Assembly (NCBI GenBank): GCA_963762145.1
Contig: CAVXJS010000019.1
Coordinates: 224,001-288,000, forward strand
Length of the DNA: 64,000 bases
Source: an uncultured Candidatus Rokubacteria bacterium
GTDB taxonomy: Bacteria; Methylomirabilota; Methylomirabilia; Rokubacteriales; CSP1-6
Direction: 5' to 3'
The notes below the pieces were generated by a model. That model saw nothing but the letters and a program-made list of their open reading frames with translations, was not told the origin of the DNA and ran no database searches. A program made the position numbers and the translations under genes. Positions 58,127 through 64,000 of this stretch are shown here, piece after piece (the first letter of the stretch is position 1; each line of letters starts with the position of its first letter).

Positions 58127-58972
58127 ATGGACCAGGCCGCGCTGCTCCGGCGTCGGCGCCTCAACTTTCGCCAGCTGCCATCTCGCCGCGTGCGCTCCGC
58201 GCGGAGCGCCCTTGCCTTCGTGGAGACGGTGGGCCTCTGCTCGACGTTCCATCGCTTCCCGGAGGGCCTGGGCTGCCTCTGGGAGGCGGTGGTGGGGCGG
58301 GCCGCGCCGCGCTGGCCGCGCCGCTCGCATCACGACGACGGCATCGGCCTGACCTGGGAGCTGAAGGACGTGCTGCCCGCGCGGCGGCAGGTGTACTACG
58401 GCAAGCTCGTGAAGGGCCGGCCGCTGCTGGTGGCGCTCGATCTGTTCCCGGCCTTCTACGCCCTCGTGCGCGGCGCGCAACGGGCGAGCGCCTACCGCAA
58501 AGAATACGAGGCGGGCCGCCTCTCGCTCAACGCCAAGCGCATCATGGACAGCCTGGTGCGCGAGTCGCCGCAGTACACGCGAGGCATCCGCGCGGAGTGC
58601 TTCATGCTCGAGCCGGGCAAGACGCGCGAGTTCGAGCGGGCCATGGGCGAGCTCCAGCAGGGGCTCTGGATCGTGAAGACGGAGGAGCGCTACGAGCCGA
58701 CCTTCTCGTACCGATGGGACCTGCTCGAGCGGTGGCTGCCCGAGGTGGTCGCGGAGGGCCGGCGCCTGCGCCGCCCGGCCGCGCTCGAGCGGCTGCTCTC
58801 GCGTTATCTCGCCGGCGCGGTGTACTCGACGCCGGCGCTGCTCGCGCGCCTCTTCGGGGTCCCGCGTCGCGAGGTGGAGACGGCCCTGGCGGCCCTCGTG
58901 CGGGCGGGCCGCGTGAGCGCGCCCCGCGAGGTGACGGGCTGGTCCGGCCGGTGGGTGGTGAGCCTCGTCTGA
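58127..58972 (+). CDS. AlkZ-related / winged-helix DNA-binding protein
   Basis: A.AFVE.VG, WELKD.LP...VYYGK...G.P.LV, LQQGLWI; family assigned by resemblance only. Confidence 0.55.
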   Translation: MDQAALLRRRRLNFRQLPSRRVRSARSALAFVETVGLCSTFHRFPEGLGCLWEAVVGRAAPRWPRRSHHDDGIGLTWELKDVLPARRQVYYGKLVKGRPLLVALDLFPAFYALVRGAQRASAYRKEYEAGRLSLNAKRIMDSLVRESPQYTRGIRAECFMLEPGKTREFERAMGELQQGLWIVKTEERYEPTFSYRWDLLERWLPEVVAEGRRLRRPAALERLLSRYLAGAVYSTPALLARLFGVPRREVETALAALVRAGRVSAPREVTGWSGRWVVSLV

Positions 58973-59823
58973 TGGCGTCGCCGCCGCCCGGCTTCCGGTA
59001 CATCGACGTCCACACCCACCTGCATCCCGAGTGGCTCTCGGCCGCGATCCGCCGCTGGTTCGTGGGCCGGCCGGGCTGGGACTTCCAGTACGGGACCGAG
59101 CCGGAGTGGGTCGCGCGCTTCCTCGCCGAGCAGGGCGTGGAGCGCTTCGTCTACTTCTCCTACGCCCACAAGCCCGGCCTCGCCCGCGAGCTCAACGCGT
59201 GGCTCCAGGAGACGGCCCGGCGGCTGCCCACCGGCCTGCCGCTGGGCACGGTGCACCCGGGCGATCCCGACGTGGTCGACGTGGCCCGGGAGGCGCTCGA
59301 CGACCACGGCTTCAAGGGCTTCAAGTTCCACATCAACGTGCAGCGCTTCCATCCGGACGATCCGCGCATCCTGCCGGTCTACGAGCTCCTGCTGGCGCGG
59401 GGGGCGGTGCTCCTGATCCACGTGGGCAGCGCGCCCTGGCCCAACGAGTACGACGGATTTCCGCGCTTCGAGCGGGTGATGAACATGTTCCCGGAGCTCA
59501 AGGTGATCGTGGCCCACATGGGCCAGTTCGAGACGCGCCGGCATCTCGAGCTGATGGAGCGGTGCCCCAACATGTATCTCGACACGACCGCCGCGATGGC
59601 CCCCCACAGCGCGATCTACCGGGAGGGGCACGGCGCGAGCGCCGCCGACGTCACCGACGCCGATCTCGTGCGCTGGCAGGATCGCATCCTGTTCGGGAGC
59701 GACTTCCCCAACACGCCCCACAGCTACGAGGACGAGCGCCGGCCGATCTGGGAGCGGGCGGTGCCCGAGACGGTTCACCGCAAGATCTTCCACGACAACG
59801 CCCAGCGGCTGCTCGGGCTCTAG
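58972..59823 (+). CDS. Amidohydrolase_2 family protein
   Basis: IDVHTH, GFKFH, LIHVG, VAHMG, ILFGSDFP, NAQRL. Confidence 0.9.
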   Translation: MASPPPGFRYIDVHTHLHPEWLSAAIRRWFVGRPGWDFQYGTEPEWVARFLAEQGVERFVYFSYAHKPGLARELNAWLQETARRLPTGLPLGTVHPGDPDVVDVAREALDDHGFKGFKFHINVQRFHPDDPRILPVYELLLARGAVLLIHVGSAPWPNEYDGFPRFERVMNMFPELKVIVAHMGQFETRRHLELMERCPNMYLDTTAAMAPHSAIYREGHGASAADVTDADLVRWQDRILFGSDFPNTPHSYEDERRPIWERAVPETVHRKIFHDNAQRLLGL

Positions 59824-61271
59824 TGCGCGTCCGGCTGGATCAGTTGCCGGAGGAGGGGCGTCGCGCGCTGGCCGCGCTCGCCGAGCTGGCGGGCCCCGCC
59901 GGCCCGGCGTGGGTCGTCGGCGGCACCCTGCGCGAGGTCCTGGCGGGCGGCACCGCCGCGGATCTCGACGTGGCGGTGTCCGGGGGCGCGCTCGAGCTCG
60001 GCCGCCGCCTCGCCGACCGGCTCGAGTCGTCCTTCGTGGTCCTGGACGAGCTCCGCGGTGCCGGGCGCATCGTGCCGCGGTCGGCCGGTCCGGTCGTGGA
60101 TCTGGTGAACCTCCGGGCGCCGACCATCGAGGGCGACCTGCGGGCCCGCGACTTCACGGTGAACGCGCTCGCCGTGCCGGTGGCGGAGATGCTGCGCGAG
60201 GGCGGCGCCACCGTCCTGGACGTCACGGGAGGGCTCGACGACCTGCGCGATCGGGTCGTGCGCCCCTGCGGACCGGCTGCGATCACCGACGATGCGGTCC
60301 GCGCGCTGCGCGGGGTCCGGCTCGCGATGCGTCCCGGGTGGCGACTCCATCCGGACGCCGAGGAGGCCATCGAGGCGGCGGCGCCCCTGGTCACGCGCGT
60401 GGCCGCGGAGCGGATCCGCGACGAGCTGGTCGGCATCCTCGGCGAGCCGGCGGCCGCCGCGGGGCTGCGCACGCTGGACCGGCTGGGCGTCCTGGCGCCG
60501 CTGCTGCCGGAGAGCCTCCCGATGCGCGCCACCGCCCAGCCGCTCCCGCATCATTTCGACGTCTGGGAGCACTCGCTGCGGGCGGTCGAGGGGATCGACC
60601 GCGTGCTCGCCGGCCTCGACACCCTCACCCCGTGGGGTCCCGCGCTGCGCGAGCATTTGCGGCAGGACCTGGGGGGCGGGCTCACCCGGCGCGAAGCGCT
60701 GAAGCTGGCCGCGCTGCTCCACGACGTGGCCAAGCCCGAGACGCGGACCGAGGTCGGCGGGCGCGTACGCTTCATCGGCCACGACACGGCGGGCGCGCGC
60801 CGCACCGGCGAGATCGCCCAACGCCTCCGCCTCTCGCGGCATGCCGCGCAGGTGCTCGAGCGGCTCGTGGCCGAGCACCTGCGGCCGATGCATCTGTCGC
60901 AGGCGGGTCTGATCACCCGGCGCGCGCGCTTCCGGTTCTTCCGGGCGCTGGGTGACGAGGCGCGCGATCTGTTGCTGCTGGCCCTGGCCGACGCGGCCGC
61001 GCTCGACGGCGCTTCTCCGCTGACGGTCTGGGCGGGCGCGGGAGGCGAGGTGGTGCGCACCCTCATGGCGGGCGCCGACGAGGAGGCGGCCGCGGCCGGC
61101 GCGCCCGCGCTGCTACGCGGTGAGGACGTCATGGCCGCCTTCGGCGTGGCGCCGGGGCCGGAGGTGGGCCGCCTGCTTGCCCTGGCCCGCGAGGCGCAGG
61201 CCCTCGGGCTGGTGCGCACGCGTGACGAGGCGCTCGCGCACCTGCGACGCGAGACGGCGGGGGGAACTTGA
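59823..61271 (+). CDS. Class II tRNA nucleotidyltransferase with HD domain (probably CC-adding type)
   Basis: VGG.LRE, DLD, DLRARDFTVNA, DDAVRALR, AERIRDEL, HH.DVWEHSL, LLHDVAKP. Confidence 0.85.
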   Translation: MRVRLDQLPEEGRRALAALAELAGPAGPAWVVGGTLREVLAGGTAADLDVAVSGGALELGRRLADRLESSFVVLDELRGAGRIVPRSAGPVVDLVNLRAPTIEGDLRARDFTVNALAVPVAEMLREGGATVLDVTGGLDDLRDRVVRPCGPAAITDDAVRALRGVRLAMRPGWRLHPDAEEAIEAAAPLVTRVAAERIRDELVGILGEPAAAAGLRTLDRLGVLAPLLPESLPMRATAQPLPHHFDVWEHSLRAVEGIDRVLAGLDTLTPWGPALREHLRQDLGGGLTRREALKLAALLHDVAKPETRTEVGGRVRFIGHDTAGARRTGEIAQRLRLSRHAAQVLERLVAEHLRPMHLSQAGLITRRARFRFFRALGDEARDLLLLALADAAALDGASPLTVWAGAGGEVVRTLMAGADEEAAAAGAPALLRGEDVMAAFGVAPGPEVGRLLALAREAQALGLVRTRDEALAHLRRETAGGT

Positions 61272-61342
61272 CACCCGGCCGGACGGTTGCCTACAGTGAG
61301 GCCACTTTCCCGCCAACTTCACCGCTTCCAAGGAGGCTCCAG

Positions 61343-62878
61343 ATGGTCGTGAGACGTCTCTGTTCGCTCGTACTGGCCCTGCTCGTGGCGCCGGGCCTGG
61401 CCTGGGCCGCTCCGGAAGGCAAGGTCGTCATCGCCCAGGGCGTGGACCCCACGACGCTCGACACCCAGAACCAGCAGGAGACGCCCGCGTCGGTGGTGGC
61501 GAGCCATCTGTTCGACACGCTGGTGGAGCGCGATCAGAACCTCAAGATCGTTCCCGCCCTGGCCGCGGAGCTGCCGAAGCTGGTGGCCCCGACGACGTGG
61601 GAAGTGAAGCTGCGCCGCGGCGTCAAGTTCCACAACGGCGAGGAGTTCAACGCCGAGTCGGTGAAGTTCAGCCTCGAGCGGGTCAAGACGGGGCTCCGGG
61701 CCAGCTCCAACTTCCGGCCCATCGAGAAGGTCGACATCGTGGACGCCTACACGGTGCGCGTGCAGACGAGCAAGCCGTGGCCGATCTTCCCCACGATCAT
61801 GACCTCCCGCCAGGCGTCCATGTACCCGCCCAAGGCCTACGCGGGCAAGGACTCGGCCTTCATCTCCAAGAACCCGATCGGCACCGGGCCCTACAAGCTG
61901 GTTCGCTGGAGCAAGGACGAGGAGATCGTGCTCGACGCCAACGACCAGTACTGGCGCGGCGCGCCCAAGATCAAGACGGTCGTGTTCCGGCCCATCCCCG
62001 ACGACGCGGTGCGCGTCGCCGCGCTCCAGAACGGGGAAGTGGACGTGGCGGTGAACATCCCGCCGCACCTGGCCAACATCATCAACAATCATCCGAAGAT
62101 CTTCCTCTCCACCGCGCCGTCCATCCGCACGCTGCAGCTCATGTTCGTGACCCACGAGTACGACGCGCAGCACAAGCCGGTCGGGCCCTACAAGGGCGTG
62201 ACCGCCGACAAGCGGGTGCGGCAGGCCATCGCCTCCGCGCTCGACGTGGACGAGATCATCAAGGGAGTGCTGGACGGCAAGGCGATGCGCACCGCCACCC
62301 TGCTGACGCCGCTGCACTTCGGGTACGACCCCGCGCTCAAGCCCATCAAGCAGGACCTGGGCAAGGTCAAGCAGCTCCTGACCGAGGCCGGCTTCCCCGG
62401 CGGGCTCGACCTCACGCTGAATAGCCCGCAGGGCCGCTACGTACGGGACAAGGAAGTGGCGGAGGCGGTGACCGGCCAGCTCACCAAGGCCGGGATCAAG
62501 ACCCAGCTCAAGACCTTCGAGTTCGTCAACTACCTGAACACCCTCGTCTACGTGCACAAGCCCGGCCCGGTGTGGCTGATCGGCTGGGGCACGGCCACGG
62601 TGGACGCCGAGACGGTGTACGGGCCGCTCTTCCGGAGCGGCAGCAACCTGGGCAACTACCACAACGCCGACTTCGACGGCATGGTCGACCTGGCCCAGAC
62701 GCAGATGGACGAGAAGCAGCGGCTCGCCACGTACCACCGGATCAACAAGCTGTGGATCGACGACATGCCCGCGGTTCCGCTCTACCAGCAGCTCGACCTC
62801 TACGGGGCCAACAAGCGGCTCAACTGGAAGGCCCGCAGCGACGAGCTGATCAAGGCCTACGACATGTCATTAAAATAG
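61343..62878 (+). CDS. ABC transporter substrate-binding protein, family 5 (orphan)
   Basis: AAGGAGG SD, signal peptide, LRRGVKFHNGE, PIGTGPYK. Confidence 0.92.
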   Translation: MVVRRLCSLVLALLVAPGLAWAAPEGKVVIAQGVDPTTLDTQNQQETPASVVASHLFDTLVERDQNLKIVPALAAELPKLVAPTTWEVKLRRGVKFHNGEEFNAESVKFSLERVKTGLRASSNFRPIEKVDIVDAYTVRVQTSKPWPIFPTIMTSRQASMYPPKAYAGKDSAFISKNPIGTGPYKLVRWSKDEEIVLDANDQYWRGAPKIKTVVFRPIPDDAVRVAALQNGEVDVAVNIPPHLANIINNHPKIFLSTAPSIRTLQLMFVTHEYDAQHKPVGPYKGVTADKRVRQAIASALDVDEIIKGVLDGKAMRTATLLTPLHFGYDPALKPIKQDLGKVKQLLTEAGFPGGLDLTLNSPQGRYVRDKEVAEAVTGQLTKAGIKTQLKTFEFVNYLNTLVYVHKPGPVWLIGWGTATVDAETVYGPLFRSGSNLGNYHNADFDGMVDLAQTQMDEKQRLATYHRINKLWIDDMPAVPLYQQLDLYGANKRLNWKARSDELIKAYDMSLK

Positions 62879-62885
62879 GTCCGGG

Positions 62886-62913
62886 TTGACTGCCCACCAT
62901 CGAAGACTAGAAT
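62886..62913 (+). promoter_or_regulatory. Sigma-70 promoter of the tRNA gene
   Basis: TTGACT-N16-TAGAAT. Confidence 0.65.
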
Positions 62914-62930
62914 AGGACGGCACCGGTAGC

Positions 62931-63005
62931 GCGGGCGTGGCGCAATGGTAGCGCACGAGCTTCCCAAGCTCGGGGTTGCGAGTTCAAATCTCGTCGCCCG
63001 CTCCA
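62931..63005 (+). tRNA. tRNA-Gly(CCC)
   Basis: GCGGGCG/CGCCCGC acceptor stem, anticodon loop TTCCCAA, GTTCAAATC T-loop, encoded TCCA end. Confidence 0.96.
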
Positions 63006-63010
63006 GTTTC

Positions 63011-63046
63011 GCGAAGGGGGTCACGGAGAACCGTGGCCCCCTTCGC
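63011..63046. terminator. Long hairpin between the convergent tRNA and acyl-CoA dehydrogenase genes
   Basis: GCGAAGGGGGTCACGG-AGAA-CCGTGGCCCCCTTCGC. Confidence 0.7.
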
Positions 63047-63049
63047 ACG

Positions 63050-64000
63050 TCACCCGGCTTCCAGGCCGAGCGCGGCTTCCCACGCCTGCTGGGTGGCGAT
63101 CTCCTGCGTCCACGGACGCATCAAGGCGCCGGCCCGGGCGTCGCGCGCGTAGCGCTCCAGCGGATAGCGCTTGAGGAGGCCGCGCCCGCCGCAGACCCGG
63201 ATCGCCTCCTGGGTCACGGTGACCGCGGAGCGCTGCACGGTCACGTGCGCGGCCCGCGCGCGCTGCACCACGTCGGGTGGGCAGTCCACCCGCGCCTCCG
63301 AGATGGCCCGATAGTAGAGGGCGCGCGTGCCCTCCAGCGTGAACAGCATCTCGGCCACCGCGTGGCCCTTCACGGCCGCTTCGGTGTGGAGGCCGGGTGA
63401 GCCCGCCATCTGGCCGGTCAGGTAGGCGAGGGCGCCGTCGTAGGCGGCCTGCATGAGGCCCAGGAAGGTCGCGCAGAACGTCAGCGGGGAGAGCTGGGGG
63501 AAGGCGTTGTACATCGCGCCGAAGAGGCCCGGCGGCAGCACCTCGCCGTCGTCGGGCACGAAGACGTCCTGCAGCACCATGTCGCGGCTGACCGTGCCGC
63601 GCATCCCCATGGGGTCCCAGTCGCCCGGGAAGGAGACCCCTGGCGCGTCTTTCGGAACCTGGAGGTAGAGCGTGCGCTCGATCCAGGGCTCGTCGCCCAG
63701 ACGGATGGCGGGCGTCGCGAAGTAGGGCGCGGATCCGGCGAGCGACACGAAGAACTTCCGCCCGTTCACCACGTAGCCTCCGTCGACCTTCCGCGCGGTG
63801 GTGCCGAACCGGCGGCCGCCCATGCGCAGCGCGGTGTCCGTCTCGCCCTGCTCCACCGGCTCGCTGTGCGGCTGGCCGTAGAAGGCGCCGGCCTCGATGA
63901 CCTCGCGGAACTTGGCCGCGCGGAGGCGCTCGTGCCGCGCGCGCGCCGTGGACGACATCGGCATGTCGTCGGCGAGCACGCCCATCATGAGCATGGTGAG
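63050..64000 (-). CDS. Acyl-CoA dehydrogenase family protein (5' end beyond the window)
   Basis: SEP, VNGRKFFVS, WDPMGMRGTVS, AIRVCGGRG...LERYARDAR. Confidence 0.9.
   Translation of the reverse strand, partial: LTMLMMGVLADDMPMSSTARARHERLRAAKFREVIEAGAFYGQPHSEPVEQGETDTALRMGGRRFGTTARKVDGGYVVNGRKFFVSLAGSAPYFATPAIRLGDEPWIERTLYLQVPKDAPGVSFPGDWDPMGMRGTVSRDMVLQDVFVPDDGEVLPPGLFGAMYNAFPQLSPLTFCATFLGLMQAAYDGALAYLTGQMAGSPGLHTEAAVKGHAVAEMLFTLEGTRALYYRAISEARVDCPPDVVQRARAAHVTVQRSAVTVTQEAIRVCGGRGLLKRYPLERYARDARAGALMRPWTQEIATQQAWEAALGLEAG

Noticed and set aside
61276-61291. GG-N10-GC pattern upstream of the solute-binding protein gene
   Set aside because: It lies inside a better TTGACA-N18-TACAGT sigma-70 promoter and lacks GGCA; not counted as sigma-54.
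62931-63050. tRNA-Gly as an island integration site
   Set aside because: No integrase, no duplicated tRNA 3' end and no compositional shift in the window.

Overview
High-GC bacterial chromosomal window with no CRISPR array, prophage or IS element. The gene style (multi-GAF kinase, ERRxxDRR small proteins, orphan family-5 solute-binding protein) suggests Ca. Rokubacteria/Methylomirabilota; this is an inference. Main content in order: a trehalose/alpha-glucan cluster (treS, glgE, Ggs-like GT, degenerate TreT, DUF5752, inverted glgM/glgA, treZ, treY); about 40 kb rich in sigma-54 promoters, lying upstream of an NtrC-type activator, SPOR, ANTAR, MlaC/PBP1, PilZ, an orphan mreB and bactofilin-M23; pckG, MscS and an MFS transporter; a 5-GAF hybrid kinase with a receiver-cyclase; an OsmC-like gene split by an in-frame UGA followed by a SECIS-like hairpin (probable selenoprotein); rpiA, pgl and an M20 peptidase; a TPR/beta-barrel (Slam-like) protein with two FecR-domain secreted paralogues; a TatB fused to an Ada-type Zn finger; lexA with a candidate new SOS box; HD-GYP; a KaiC/RecA-like ATPase operon; tRNA-Gly(CCC); and a partial acyl-CoA dehydrogenase. 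Two frameshifts at C-runs look like assembly indels. All calls come from reading motifs by eye, with no database searches.
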